Source: Oligoflexia bacterium (lineage in GTDB: Bacteria; Bdellovibrionota_G; JALEGL01). Taken from it: a stretch of 64,000 bases of DNA. Below are positions 10,751 to 22,628 of this stretch, piece by piece. The notes below the pieces were generated by a model that searched no databases, was not told the DNA's origin, and saw only the letters and a list, made by a program, of their open reading frames with translations. Both the position numbers and the translations under genes were made by a program. The DNA is taken from positions 129,921 through 193,920 of the forward strand of contig DAOLES010000003.1 of assembly GCA_035326705.1 (NCBI GenBank), given 5' to 3'. Positions within the stretch are counted from its first letter, which is position 1, and each line of letters begins with the position of its first letter.

Positions 10751-11848
10751 TTAAAATAAATAACGTCTTAAACTCACATTCATTAAAATCCCAACACCCA
10801 CAAAAGTTGTTAGCAGTGAGCTTCCTCCGTAGCTTAAAATAGGCAGCGTCATCCCCACCACGGGGAGCATACCTATTTCCATGCCCAAATTGATAATAGT
10901 TTGGGTTAAAAGTAAACAAGTTGTACCTAGAGCCAAAAACAAACCAAAACTATCCCTGGCATGCAAGGCAATGGAGAATCCTAAAACTCCAAGCGCAGTA
11001 TACAAAGCAATGAGGAAAAAAGACCCCATAAAGCCAAATTCTTCCGCAAAGTTGGAGAATACAAAATCTGTATGCTGCTTTGGAAGAAACTGTAATTTAC
11101 TTTGTGTTCCTTTTAAATAACCTTTGCCAAAAAATTGCCCTGAACCAATGGCTATTTTAGATTGAATCACTTGATACCCCTTGCTTAAGGGGTACTTTTC
11201 TGGGTTAAGAAAAGAAACAACTCTATCTTTCTGATAGGGGTGTAACATATACTTCCAAACAAGGGGGACCGATGCAAGCATCAATACAACTGTTGTGATG
11301 ACAATTTTCTTTTCAACCCCAACAAACAGGGTCATTATCACTCCAGATCCGGCAAGGATTAAAGCAGTTCCTAAGTCCGGCTGTTTTAAAACTAATAAGA
11401 ATGGTAACAACATTAATAAAATAGGTTTAATTAATTGCACAATTCCCATGGCACCAAAGTCACGTTTTTCCGAATAATATTTTGCCATAGTTAATACCAC
11501 ACTTATTTTTGCTAACTCGGACGGTTGAAAAGCAACACCAGCAATTCTGATCCAGCGTTGAGCCCCCTGAGACGTCTTACCAAAAAATAAAACATACAAT
11601 AGAATTAATAAAGTCAGGCCATATATAGGGTAAACATATCGACTCCATAAACGATAATCAAAAAGAGCTATCCCAGCAGCAACCATGACTGATAATAAAG
11701 ACCATATCATCTGACTTTTAAAATATTTTGCCGTACTTAAACCTAAGGTTGCACTGTAGAGATTAAATAATGAAATAATCAATAAAGCCATTACCAATAA
11801 AAACAATCCCCAATCAAATCGACCGGTTTTTCCCAAGTATTTACTCAT
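10751..11848 (-). CDS. rodA: Rod shape-determining protein RodA (SEDS family)
   Basis: 365-aa polytopic SEDS protein. It overlaps mrdA by 8 nt, within the mreBCD-mrdAB cluster. Confidence 0.8.
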   Translation of the reverse strand: MSKYLGKTGRFDWGLFLLVMALLIISLFNLYSATLGLSTAKYFKSQMIWSLLSVMVAAGIALFDYRLWSRYVYPIYGLTLLILLYVLFFGKTSQGAQRWIRIAGVAFQPSELAKISVVLTMAKYYSEKRDFGAMGIVQLIKPILLMLLPFLLVLKQPDLGTALILAGSGVIMTLFVGVEKKIVITTVVLMLASVPLVWKYMLHPYQKDRVVSFLNPEKYPLSKGYQVIQSKIAIGSGQFFGKGYLKGTQSKLQFLPKQHTDFVFSNFAEEFGFMGSFFLIALYTALGVLGFSIALHARDSFGLFLALGTTCLLLTQTIINLGMEIGMLPVVGMTLPILSYGGSSLLTTFVGVGILMNVSLRRYLF

Positions 11849-13694
11849 CTATATAATACTCCTTGTATGCATCCATAACTTTCTTAATGATCGGGGCAGC
11901 AACAGCACCGCCGTGCCCTCCATGCTCAACAATAATTGCAGCGGCAACCTTTGGGTCTTGAGCCGGAGCATAAGCAACATACCATGCATGATCTTCAAGC
12001 TGTTTTTTAGCTCTAAATGATACCACTTGTGCTGTCCCGGTTTTACCCGCAATTTCTATTTTATTACTTCTTCCTCCCCAATAGGCTGTACCACCGGGTG
12101 TGTTAACAACATCATACATCCCTTGTAGAATAATCTCTTGAATCTCATTAGGAAGGTCAACCTTCTTTCTGTTTACCTTTTGGTTTATCTCCATGTACTC
12201 TAAACTGGGTGTTACCAAGTACCCTTTAGCCAAACCTCCAACCATCCTTGCCATTTGCAATACAGATGTTTGCAAATAGCCTTGCCCTATTGCTACTGAA
12301 AGGGTTTCGCCAGCTACCCATGGCTGCTCATATACTTTTCGTTTCCATTTAGAATCAGGAACCAAACCTTTTGCTTCTGGTTGATATTGAATACCCGTGA
12401 CCTGACCAAGGTCATATTTTCTGGCATATTCAGCAATCTTATCTATTCCTAAACGACGACCAACTTCATAAAAATACACATCACAAGAATGCTTTATTGC
12501 ATTTTTTGCATTCATCCAACCGTGCCCCCCTCTATTCCAACAACGTTTAACTTCTCTTCCTAAACGATAATAACCGGGACAAAATATCTTATCTTCTGGC
12601 CCAATAACTTTTTCTTCCAAAGCAGCATGGGCTGTGATCATTTTAAATGTTGATCCAGGGGGATATACGCCTTTAACCGCTCTATTGTACATTGGATTTA
12701 AGTTGTTTTTATTGATCTCTTGCCAATATTGCGTTGATACACCTCGGGCAAACTCTTGTGGTTTAAAGTTTGGATAACTGAGCATGGCCAAAATCTCACC
12801 CGTCTCAATATTGAGTAAAACGGCTGCACCAGATTCATGCTTTAAAAAAGCATCTTCAAAAACTTTTTGCAAACGACTATCTATACTCAACTTTACATCT
12901 TGCCCAGAAATTGGCTTTTGCTCTTGAAAGGAGGGTAACAAATCGTATGCTTTTTCATCACTTAACTCTCTGCCACGAGCATCTTCAACAACAGGTAATG
13001 TCCCGTGTTTACCTCTTAAAACATTTTCATGTTTTTTTTCAATACCATAAACACCCCAATAATCACCCAAACCATATTGACGATTGTCCGCAGTACCCTC
13101 ATCCTCTTTCATTCTATTGAGTTCTTTTTTTCCTATTTCACCTAAATAACCTAGAATGTGACTGGCCAGAACTCCATATGGATAAACCCTTGTTGGCTCA
13201 TAATCAATATTAACTCCATGCAGATCATATTGATGGGTCAAAATTTTGCTCATTTGATCGAATGTAATATCACGTTCAAGTGTGATTTTTGACTGATTAC
13301 TATTGCGCTCTATTTTATTTCTTACTGTTTCTTTTTTTTCTGTAGACCAATCAAAAACATCTCCTAAAAAAACAAGTATTCGCTCCTTGTCAGCGTTTGA
13401 TAGTTTTTGTGCATTAATCATCAAATCAAATGATGGGCTACTTTTTGCTAAAATGACTCCATTTCGATCTACTATTTTACCTCTTACAGCGGGGATTTTT
13501 TTTAACTCTATTCTATTGGCTTCAGAAAAGACTCGCCATCGCTTGCCATTAAAAATTTGTAAATGCCAAACACGTGCTAAAATCAAAAAAAATAAAACTA
13601 AAAATACCGCAATACAAATATAAATACGTATTTCAAAAAACTCTTTGCGATTGTCCTCAGAAAGTTGCAATGAGACCTTCTCTCTGTTGGGCAA
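11841..13694 (-). CDS. mrdA: Penicillin-binding protein 2 (peptidoglycan D,D-transpeptidase)
   Basis: 617 aa with an N-terminal transmembrane anchor, a dimerisation domain and a transpeptidase domain carrying STFK, SCD and KTG motifs. Confidence 0.9.
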   Translation of the reverse strand: MPNREKVSLQLSEDNRKEFFEIRIYICIAVFLVLFFLILARVWHLQIFNGKRWRVFSEANRIELKKIPAVRGKIVDRNGVILAKSSPSFDLMINAQKLSNADKERILVFLGDVFDWSTEKKETVRNKIERNSNQSKITLERDITFDQMSKILTHQYDLHGVNIDYEPTRVYPYGVLASHILGYLGEIGKKELNRMKEDEGTADNRQYGLGDYWGVYGIEKKHENVLRGKHGTLPVVEDARGRELSDEKAYDLLPSFQEQKPISGQDVKLSIDSRLQKVFEDAFLKHESGAAVLLNIETGEILAMLSYPNFKPQEFARGVSTQYWQEINKNNLNPMYNRAVKGVYPPGSTFKMITAHAALEEKVIGPEDKIFCPGYYRLGREVKRCWNRGGHGWMNAKNAIKHSCDVYFYEVGRRLGIDKIAEYARKYDLGQVTGIQYQPEAKGLVPDSKWKRKVYEQPWVAGETLSVAIGQGYLQTSVLQMARMVGGLAKGYLVTPSLEYMEINQKVNRKKVDLPNEIQEIILQGMYDVVNTPGGTAYWGGRSNKIEIAGKTGTAQVVSFRAKKQLEDHAWYVAYAPAQDPKVAAAIIVEHGGHGGAVAAPIIKKVMDAYKEYYIDE

Positions 13695-14247
13695 AAATTA
13701 CATTCTGTTCTTGTAAGCGAAGTTTAGATAAAGTTTTACAGTCTATCCAAATTAATAAATTTAATACAAATGGAGCAAATATCGCATACAAAAGACATTG
13801 GCTTAACATAACAAAAAATGTTCCTAAAAGCATTGCACTTGATCTTTGAAAAATTCCTCCCAACCAATGCTCAACTATGAACATAAACAAACAAACAATA
13901 AAACACAAAATAAACTTCTGTATATAGCCAGAGATAAAAATACTTTGTCTAAAAGCTAAACAAAGTAAAACCAGGATTATATAGGTCATACTCAAGCTGC
14001 TCCCCCATGCAATACCAAAAGCATTGGTTAAAGAATACAAAAACAAACTCCACATCATGGCTTCATAAGGCTTACGAGTAAATGCTAGATATGTTACAAC
14101 AATAACCACCGTATTAAAATAGAAGCTTGCAAAAAACATCTTTATAAAAAAAATATCTTGCATGACAATTGAAATTCTAGGCATGACGGATGTCTGGAGA
14201 ATTAATCCAAGTATGGATAAAGATATTATGGCAAATATATTTTTCAT
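13657..14247 (-). CDS. mreD: Rod shape-determining protein MreD
   Basis: 196-aa multi-pass membrane protein located between mreC and mrdA. Confidence 0.6.
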   Translation of the reverse strand: MKNIFAIISLSILGLILQTSVMPRISIVMQDIFFIKMFFASFYFNTVVIVVTYLAFTRKPYEAMMWSLFLYSLTNAFGIAWGSSLSMTYIILVLLCLAFRQSIFISGYIQKFILCFIVCLFMFIVEHWLGGIFQRSSAMLLGTFFVMLSQCLLYAIFAPFVLNLLIWIDCKTLSKLRLQEQNVIFAQQREGLIATF

Positions 14248-15053
14248 TCTTCGCTAACGACTACACCAACTTCTTCTATATGAAAATAGTCAACGTAAGT
14301 TTTAACATATACATCTAAAAACAAGTCATCATTTTTTTCCTGAACCTCAGAAACAAATCCAATTGGCAGCCCTTTAGGATAAACATCATCTAAACCTGAT
14401 GTAATAAATATATCTCCCACTTTTACATCTTCTGTTGCGGAAAAATATTCTGATTTTAATTGGTCAATTTTATAGCCTCTTAACAGAGCCCTTCTTCTTG
14501 TTCTTTGATTAATTACATCAACAACGCTTGTTTTATCTGAAAGCACAAGCACATCACTATGACGAATGGAACTTTCTAAAACCAATCCCACTAAGCCACG
14601 TGAATGAACCACTGGCATACCTTTTTCTACGCCGAATGCTCTACCTTTAGCTAAGCGAATCATTCTTTGGTTAGGTGATGCCCCTAAAGCTACCCTTCTT
14701 GCCCCCAAAACTACATAGTCTCTTAAGGGTTCTATACTTAAAAGGTCACGTAATCTTTCAGCTTCAAATAATAACTCATCATTTTTTTTAATTTTAGACT
14801 GTAATAGGTCAATTTGTTTTTTTAATTGATCATTTTCTTTAGCGGTGTTGGTAAGAAAAACATAATATTTAAATGTTGAAGTTATTTTATCCACTAAATG
14901 ACCAGCCGCTTTTTGCAAAGGCAGACTTATGAATATAATGGACTTTTCAATAAAACCTAAATTTTGTTTTTTTTGCAAACCAACAGAAATAATTTGAATA
15001 CCCAAATAACTGACAAGGAAGATAGCTATAGCAATTCTTAGGGGCTTATTCAC
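14244..15053 (-). CDS. mreC: Rod shape-determining protein MreC
   Basis: 269 aa with an N-terminal transmembrane segment, a coiled coil and a beta-rich domain. It lies between mreB and mreD. Confidence 0.85.
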   Translation of the reverse strand: MNKPLRIAIAIFLVSYLGIQIISVGLQKKQNLGFIEKSIIFISLPLQKAAGHLVDKITSTFKYYVFLTNTAKENDQLKKQIDLLQSKIKKNDELLFEAERLRDLLSIEPLRDYVVLGARRVALGASPNQRMIRLAKGRAFGVEKGMPVVHSRGLVGLVLESSIRHSDVLVLSDKTSVVDVINQRTRRRALLRGYKIDQLKSEYFSATEDVKVGDIFITSGLDDVYPKGLPIGFVSEVQEKNDDLFLDVYVKTYVDYFHIEEVGVVVSEE

Positions 15054-15069
15054 TGAACCTTACAATATC

Positions 15070-16146
<1,077 letters not shown>

Positions 16147-16441
16147 TTATTGTGTTTTTGCACATTCTTTTTGATAAAAACAGTGTCTTTTCCAGCACTT
16201 AATATTAACTCTGAAGCAAAAACCCATTGATAAGACTGTAGTTACGATATGAACTGTAATTTTAAGACTTTTTGTACCACTTACTGTCCTGATACTCTGT
16301 GTAGGTGAGTTTAAGGTATTTATCCGACCTTGAACCAATAAATTTGGTAAAACATTAAAAAATACGCTATATCTGGCCCCTAAAGTTATAAAACCCATTA
16401 GCCTGCATTTTGGCTACATATTATTTAAGGAGCATTTTTCA

Positions 16442-18325
16442 ATGTTACAATCAATTAGTGAAGGTATGGTTTCTCCTTTTGCAAAAGTATTACTTTTTAT
16501 TCTTGCTGCTGCTATGATCGGTTTTTATGGTTTCTCAGGATCATGTGGCGGAGCAATGTCAGAAAATATTATTGCCACCGTTGATGGCAAAGAAATCAGT
16601 CAAAATGAACTGGCTCGTGCCTTTCAAGAAATGATAGCTTACCAACAAAGCCAAGGTATGAATTTCAACAATCTCCCACCTGAAATGATTACGATGTTTC
16701 AAAAACAAGTGTTGCAAAGTATGATTCAAAAAAACCTATTACTTAAACAAGCTAAAGCTTTAGGTATGGTGATGCCCAAAAAAGCTGTTCAGAAAAATAT
16801 TTATGACCAATTCACTCAAGGTAATCAAACCTTTGATTTCCAACAGTATAAAAATATTCTTGCTCGTTTTGGTCAAACTCCTGCCCAATTTGAAAAAGAA
16901 GAAGGTGAAAAAATTATGGTCAATAGTTTGTATCAAGCCATGAATGCAATAGCAAAAACTCCATTGCACCTTTTAAAAGCTGATTATGCAATAAACAATA
17001 CCAAAGCCAAAGTCAGTTACATAAAGCTCAATGCCAACCAAGTTCAAAATAAATTAGGTGTTGAACACCCTACCCAAGAACAACTCAAAGAGTACTTTGA
17101 GCAAAACAAAGAAAATTATAGAGTCCCAGAACAACGTGATTTTTCTCTTTACTGGCTTAACTTAGCAACGTTTTTACCGCAACCCAATGATGAAGATCTA
17201 AACCAAACCTTAAAGTCTGCGTACAACGCACAACAAAAAGAAAAACTCACCCAAGCCCGCTACCATGCTCGTCACATATTAATTGCAGGCGACAATGAGG
17301 CAAGCAGAGCACAAAAAATTTATCAGCGCATCAAATCTGGAGAGTCTTTCAATAAAATTGCCCTTATGGAAAGTGAAGATCCAGGTTCAAAAGGCAATGG
17401 TGGTGACTTAGGTTATTTTTCTTCTGACAGCATGGTTCCAGAATTTCAAAACGCTGTAGAATCTTTACGCGTAGGTCAAGTCAGTACTCCAGTAAAAACA
17501 TCTTTTGGTTATCACATCATTGAACTCTTGGATAAAATTCAAGCCGGCCCAGTCAATGTCACACGTCTCAAAAAAGAATTGGCTTACACTTGGCAAGCAC
17601 GTGCACTCGAACAAGATAATTATAAAAACATAGCTCTAGATGCTGCAAAAAAAGTTTTTGCCAATCAGGCTAAGAAACAGACCTACAACAACATCAATCA
17701 AAATGATGACTTGCCCCAAGTTCCTGATAGCAATGATACAAGTATTATTATGGGTAAAGTCATGGGTGCTAGCTTAAAGCAAAAAAGTGATGTGTTTACA
17801 GCTGCATCATCCAATTATCTTTATCAAGTTGAGTTACATAAAATTGAAGAAAGCCGTATTCCAAGCTACGACAGTATTTCTCAAACTGTTAAAACCAACT
17901 ACCTTGATCAAGCCTATCAAAAAGCTTTTTCAACTTTGATGGCACAAAAAAATCAACAACTGCTAAAAGGTGAAATTACCAATTTACAAAGTTTAGCCAA
18001 TGAACTAGGCCAAAGCATTCAAACAACAGGTTGGTTTTCAGCCAATGATTCATCTCAATTAAAAGGTCAACTGGATATTGAAGACCTTAAGCCGGCACTG
18101 TCCATGCAAAAAGATAGCCTATTTAAAAAAACAATTGTGCAAGGGAAAGATTATTATTTCTTAGCAGTTGCAGATCTTCAAACTCCTAATTGGAGTCAAT
18201 TTGATATAGATTCTTCAACCCAAAATAATTCTGAGTTAATCAACACACAAAAAATAACTCAATGGATCAAGAGCCTTGAAGAAAATGCAAACATCGAAAT
18301 TGCCCCTCAGTTTCAGGATTCATAA
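16442..18325 (+). CDS. ppiD: Periplasmic chaperone PpiD-like (SurA-N domain plus parvulin PPIase)
   Basis: 627 aa. An N-terminal transmembrane anchor is followed by a parvulin rotamase signature (GGDLGYFSSDSMVPEFQNAV...FGYHII). Confidence 0.7.
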   Translation: MLQSISEGMVSPFAKVLLFILAAAMIGFYGFSGSCGGAMSENIIATVDGKEISQNELARAFQEMIAYQQSQGMNFNNLPPEMITMFQKQVLQSMIQKNLLLKQAKALGMVMPKKAVQKNIYDQFTQGNQTFDFQQYKNILARFGQTPAQFEKEEGEKIMVNSLYQAMNAIAKTPLHLLKADYAINNTKAKVSYIKLNANQVQNKLGVEHPTQEQLKEYFEQNKENYRVPEQRDFSLYWLNLATFLPQPNDEDLNQTLKSAYNAQQKEKLTQARYHARHILIAGDNEASRAQKIYQRIKSGESFNKIALMESEDPGSKGNGGDLGYFSSDSMVPEFQNAVESLRVGQVSTPVKTSFGYHIIELLDKIQAGPVNVTRLKKELAYTWQARALEQDNYKNIALDAAKKVFANQAKKQTYNNINQNDDLPQVPDSNDTSIIMGKVMGASLKQKSDVFTAASSNYLYQVELHKIEESRIPSYDSISQTVKTNYLDQAYQKAFSTLMAQKNQQLLKGEITNLQSLANELGQSIQTTGWFSANDSSQLKGQLDIEDLKPALSMQKDSLFKKTIVQGKDYYFLAVADLQTPNWSQFDIDSSTQNNSELINTQKITQWIKSLEENANIEIAPQFQDS

Positions 18326-18335
18326 TGGATAATCT

Positions 18336-18371
18336 AGACTATTCTTAGCGTTTCACTCTGAGTAATAGTCT
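18336..18371. terminator. Hairpin between convergent ppiD and gpmI
   Basis: An 8-bp perfect stem (agactatt/aatagtct) closes a 20-nt loop. There is no clear T-run, so this is only a possible bidirectional terminator. Confidence 0.3.
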
Positions 18372-18402
18372 TGAATAACTAAAGCTACGAAGACTTATGT
18401 TT

Positions 18403-19986
18403 TTATTTTTTACTGAGCAAGCTCTTACTTTTCATTTGAATAGGAACTTTAATATTCATGGTTTGTAAAATTGTTGGTGCAATATTACTTAACACGCCTT
18501 CTGATTGTAGTTTTATATTTTTCACATCTCGTCCAAGTAAAATAAATGGAACTGGATTGAGCGTATGGGCGGTATGAACATTACCATTATCATCTAACAT
18601 TTGTTCAATATTACCGTGATCGGCCGTAACAAAAACTTTATAATCATTTTCTAAGGCAGCCTGCGCTATACGCTCTAAACAAGTATCTGTTGCTTCTACT
18701 GCTTTTAAGGCCGCTTCAAAATTACCTGTATGCCCAATCATATCAGGTTGCGCATAGTTGACCACAATCAAATGTTCTTGTTTTTGCTCTATTGCAGAAC
18801 AGACATGATCCGTAACTATGCTTGAATTCATCGCAGGAACTTCATCATAAGTTTTGACTTTTGGTGAAGGAACCAAATATCGACGTTCTTCACGGTAAGG
18901 CTCTTCTCTACCTCCATTGAGAAAAAAAGTTACATGCGCATATTTCTCTGTTTCAGCAACACGAAATTGCTTTAAATGATGACTTTCTATCGTTTCTCCT
19001 AAGCACATATCAATTTTTTGCTCATCAAATAAAACAGGGAAAGCAAATGCCCAGCTGTACCTGGTCATGGTAAAAACCTTGCTTACATCTAACAGTGGAC
19101 CTTCATCTGTCATATCAACACTTTGTAAGCATTGTTCTTTAATAGTTTTTTCTGTTAATGCTTTACAGATTTGACGCATACGATCAGAGCGAAAATTAAA
19201 ACAAAAAACAACATCATGCTCTTCAATTTTCCCTGCATAAGATTGATCTGGAGTTAAAACCTTACATGGTTCAAAAAACTCATCACTGATACCTTGTTCA
19301 TATGATTTTTCTATTGCTTTAATAGGATCTGTACAGGATTTATTACTACCAATATCAAGCATTACCTTTAATGCTTCTGCGGTTCTTTCCCAACGCTGAT
19401 CTCTATCCATAGCAAAAAAACGCCCACTTAGACTTGCCAGTTGTCCTCCCCAACGATTGAGCACAGCTTGTAAATTTTTTATATACTGCAAAGCAGATCT
19501 TGGTGATGTGTCTCTTCCATCCAAAATGGCATGAAAATAAACTTTTTTCATGTCTGCTCCCTGTTCAAACAAAAGCTGAATGATTTGACTGTAATGCTCT
19601 TCAGATGAATGAACGCAACCATCAGAAATAAGACCTAATAAATGAATTTTTCTACCGGTGGCTTTATGCTGAGTCAGCATAGATTGAAAGCTTTTATTCT
19701 CGGTAAAAGTTTTATTGGCAAGGCTCTCATTGATTCGCACCAAATCTTGTGCAATCACTTTACCGGCCCCAATATTCATATGACCTACTTCTGAATTCCC
19801 CATGACAGCTTCAGGTAAACCCACAAACCCGCTGGATGCTTGTAATTGCGTCATTGGATATTGCCTTAACATCTGCTCATAAAAAGGCGTATTTGCCTGG
19901 GCAATGGCATTACCTTTAATTTCGTTGCGGATTCCCCAACCATCTAAAATAACCAAGACCGTTTTATTTACATTTTTTTTTGTCAT
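18403..19986 (-). CDS. gpmI: 2,3-bisphosphoglycerate-independent phosphoglycerate mutase
   Basis: 527 aa. The N-terminal catalytic Ser region, the metal-binding Asp/His residues and the iPGM length all match. Confidence 0.9.
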   Translation of the reverse strand: MTKKNVNKTVLVILDGWGIRNEIKGNAIAQANTPFYEQMLRQYPMTQLQASSGFVGLPEAVMGNSEVGHMNIGAGKVIAQDLVRINESLANKTFTENKSFQSMLTQHKATGRKIHLLGLISDGCVHSSEEHYSQIIQLLFEQGADMKKVYFHAILDGRDTSPRSALQYIKNLQAVLNRWGGQLASLSGRFFAMDRDQRWERTAEALKVMLDIGSNKSCTDPIKAIEKSYEQGISDEFFEPCKVLTPDQSYAGKIEEHDVVFCFNFRSDRMRQICKALTEKTIKEQCLQSVDMTDEGPLLDVSKVFTMTRYSWAFAFPVLFDEQKIDMCLGETIESHHLKQFRVAETEKYAHVTFFLNGGREEPYREERRYLVPSPKVKTYDEVPAMNSSIVTDHVCSAIEQKQEHLIVVNYAQPDMIGHTGNFEAALKAVEATDTCLERIAQAALENDYKVFVTADHGNIEQMLDDNGNVHTAHTLNPVPFILLGRDVKNIKLQSEGVLSNIAPTILQTMNIKVPIQMKSKSLLSKK

Positions 19987-20000
19987 GATAGTTTTCTTTC

Positions 20001-20798
20001 ATGTTTTTTAATTCTTCCAACAGTTCGCCAGCAAATGTATCCAAGCTTAGTGCAAATGCAACTTCTTTTTTAAAAGGAGACAAAGATATAACCCTCATTT
20101 GTGTACATGGATTCACAGGTTCTAGCCATGACTTTTCTATTGTTGCCCCATATTTAAAAAACCTGTTCAACATCAATTGTATCTCGTTGAGCCTACCCGG
20201 ACACACCGGAAAAATAGAAGATTTAAAGGCCATTCAATATCAAGATTGGCTTAATGTCATTCAAGGTCACATTGACTCATGTTTAGAGAAAAACCACCAG
20301 GTTCATTTAATGGGGCTATCCATGGGAGGGTCTTTAGCCATGATTATAGCTGCCCAACTTCAGGATAAAATTAAATCCATGACTTTATTTTCTCCAGCAA
20401 TATGGATTATCAATCGTAAACAAGATCTTGCACTCTATTATTTAAGCAAGCTTCCTCGTTTTCTAATCCCAAATATTACAATTAAAAAAGATAAAAAAAA
20501 GAATGAAGTTCTTTTGTTTGAGTCTTATCCTTTACAGGCTTTAGCAGAATATAAAAAAGTCACCCTTTTAGCTAAAGATGCCTTACCCAAGATCAATTGC
20601 CCTAGTCTGGTTATCTACTCTGATGATGATGATGTTATTTCACCTAAGTCTAGTCAGTTTATCTACAAACACAATAAAAATAAAATCAACCACATATTAA
20701 ATCTAAAACATGCAGGGCATATTATTCCAATGATTCAAGATCAAGAGCAAGCAAGCATGCTTAATGCGCTAAAAACTTTTTATACAGAGATTTTTTAA
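20001..20798 (+). CDS. Alpha/beta-hydrolase carboxylesterase
   Basis: 265 aa with a GLSMGG nucleophile elbow and a C-terminal His, giving a catalytic triad pattern. Confidence 0.6.
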   Translation: MFFNSSNSSPANVSKLSANATSFLKGDKDITLICVHGFTGSSHDFSIVAPYLKNLFNINCISLSLPGHTGKIEDLKAIQYQDWLNVIQGHIDSCLEKNHQVHLMGLSMGGSLAMIIAAQLQDKIKSMTLFSPAIWIINRKQDLALYYLSKLPRFLIPNITIKKDKKKNEVLLFESYPLQALAEYKKVTLLAKDALPKINCPSLVIYSDDDDVISPKSSQFIYKHNKNKINHILNLKHAGHIIPMIQDQEQASMLNALKTFYTEIF

Positions 20799-20836
20799 TA
20801 GAACGCAGGTAAAACTACAATAGAATTGCAAACCAA

Positions 20837-21421
20837 CTAATGTTTTTTCTTTAGTTCTAACAGAACCAGTTTTGCAATTGACTTAAGCGTATCAAACACA
20901 CCTTGACCATCCGTTGCCACCGCTTCAAACTCAGGAACTTTATAAAAGTTTAAGTCTCTGCGCATTTGTTCAATACCCATAGCAGACGGTAAATCGCGTT
21001 TATTGTACTGTATAACATGTGGAATTGTATCTAAAGATAAGCCGTTTTCCTTTAAATTAACTTTTAAATTTTCATACGATTCAATGTTGGCTTCTCTTCT
21101 TTCTTCTTGTGAATCTGCTACAAAAACTACCCCATCTGCTCGTTCAAGAACTTTTCTTCTGGTTAAGTCGTAAAAAACTTGCCCAGGAACTGTGTACAAA
21201 TGAAAGCGAGTTTGAAAGCCATTGACAGTTCCTAAAGATAAATGCAAAAAATCAAAAAATAAGGTTCTTTCAGTTTCAGTCGCCAAGGATATTAGTTTAC
21301 CTTTTGCCTCAGGTTTAATTTTTTTATCCAAAAATTTAATATTGGTGGTTTTGCCACATAAGCCTGGACCATAATAAACTATTTTTAAATGAATTTCTTT
21401 TTCGTAAGAATCTATATACAT
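20837..21421 (-). CDS. mglA: Ras-like polarity GTPase MglA
   Basis: 194 aa. I recognise near-identity to Myxococcus MglA over its length, including KIVYYGPGLCGKTT, TRFHLYTVPGQVFY and VIQYNKRDLP. Confidence 0.95.
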   Translation of the reverse strand: MYIDSYEKEIHLKIVYYGPGLCGKTTNIKFLDKKIKPEAKGKLISLATETERTLFFDFLHLSLGTVNGFQTRFHLYTVPGQVFYDLTRRKVLERADGVVFVADSQEERREANIESYENLKVNLKENGLSLDTIPHVIQYNKRDLPSAMGIEQMRRDLNFYKVPEFEAVATDGQGVFDTLKSIAKLVLLELKKKH

Positions 21422-21426
21422 AATCT

Positions 21427-21912
21427 TTAATCACCAAACAGTTGATCAATATCTTGATCAGAAATTTCCTCAAAAATGGCGGCCACCGCTGACTTAGGAT
21501 CAGCTTTACTGGCCAGCTTATTAAATAAATCACTCAATTCTCGACTGAACTTTTTAACCCGCAAACGCACCAAACCTAAACTAGACTCTGCATCAAAAAG
21601 CACAACCAAGATAATTCTTTGATCAATTAATGATAGGTGAATATTATCTTTTTCACCTTCATGAAAAATAATAGAAAATTCTTTTTCACCCAATAGTTTA
21701 GCTATACCCGCTGTTGCAGCAAAATTACCGGCCGTTAACGATGCTAAACCAATAGAATCAATCTCTTTGGTTTCACCCGTTGAGGCAATCAACTGTCCAT
21801 TTTTATCAACCAAAAAACAAGCCTTTGCATGCGCTTCATTATTTAAGTTTTCTATGATTGAAAAAATCTCAACCATTTCTTTCTCAAATACAACCATAGG
21901 AGAATTGTCCAT
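21427..21912 (-). CDS. mglB: Roadblock/LC7 GAP protein MglB
   Basis: 161 aa with strong similarity to MglB (FLVDKNGQLI...SLASLTAGN...LGLVRLR). It lies immediately upstream of mglA. Confidence 0.9.
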   Translation of the reverse strand: MDNSPMVVFEKEMVEIFSIIENLNNEAHAKACFLVDKNGQLIASTGETKEIDSIGLASLTAGNFAATAGIAKLLGEKEFSIIFHEGEKDNIHLSLIDQRIILVVLFDAESSLGLVRLRVKKFSRELSDLFNKLASKADPKSAVAAIFEEISDQDIDQLFGD

Positions 21913-22022
21913 ACCCCTATTTTTAACAGCTTATGTTACGAAACACAAAGATTTTCATACTTTATAAGTCGTAGACTGCCCTTTTGGGCTTACAAAAATA
22001 CATCTAAATAAATATAAAAATT

Positions 22023-22628
22023 TTATGAGTATTGTCTGCGTTCAGCAATGGCTCTACCTAAAGTAATCTGATCTGTATACTCTAGGCTACTGCCCATGGG
22101 GACTCCCATTGCAATTCTGCTGGTTTTAACAGCCCGATTACCCACCAATTTATTGGCAATATAAAGCGCCGTAGCATCTCCCTCCACGTCAGGGTTCATG
22201 GCTAAAATTACTTCTTGTATAGCCCCTTGCTCAATTCTTTTAAAGAGCTGACTAATTTTTATCTGTTCAGGACCAACCCCTTCCAAAGGTGACAAGCGAC
22301 CATGCAAAACATGATAAACCCCTTGGAATTGAGCACTTTCTTCAATAGCAAAAATATCTGTTGGGTTTTCTACCACGCACACCAAACTGTGATCTCTTTT
22401 TGGATTTAAACATATTGAGCAAACTTCATCATCACTATAAGCATGGCAGGACTCACAGAGTCTAATACTCTGCTTAACTTTAATCAAAGCTTGGGCAAGG
22501 TTTAAACTTTTTTCTTCTGGGAGCTTTAACAAATGCATAACCATGCGTTGCGCAGATTTTTGTCCAATACTGGGCAACTGACTGAATGCTTTAACAGCCT
22601 CTTGAAAAGACTTAGGAATATAACTCAT
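22023..22628 (-). CDS. recR: Recombination protein RecR
   Basis: 201 aa with a helix-hairpin-helix, a C4 zinc finger (CxxC...CxxC) and a Toprim domain. Confidence 0.9.
   Translation of the reverse strand: MSYIPKSFQEAVKAFSQLPSIGQKSAQRMVMHLLKLPEEKSLNLAQALIKVKQSIRLCESCHAYSDDEVCSICLNPKRDHSLVCVVENPTDIFAIEESAQFQGVYHVLHGRLSPLEGVGPEQIKISQLFKRIEQGAIQEVILAMNPDVEGDATALYIANKLVGNRAVKTSRIAMGVPMGSSLEYTDQITLGRAIAERRQYS

Noticed and set aside
16147-16398. 83-aa ORF in the mreB-ppiD divergent intergenic region
   Set aside because: It lies in a 325-bp promoter region and has an odd composition. It is more likely promoter DNA than a gene.
21913-22022. Possible terminator hairpin gccc-tttt-gggc downstream of recR
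   Set aside because: The stem is only 4 bp and there is no T-run on either strand.
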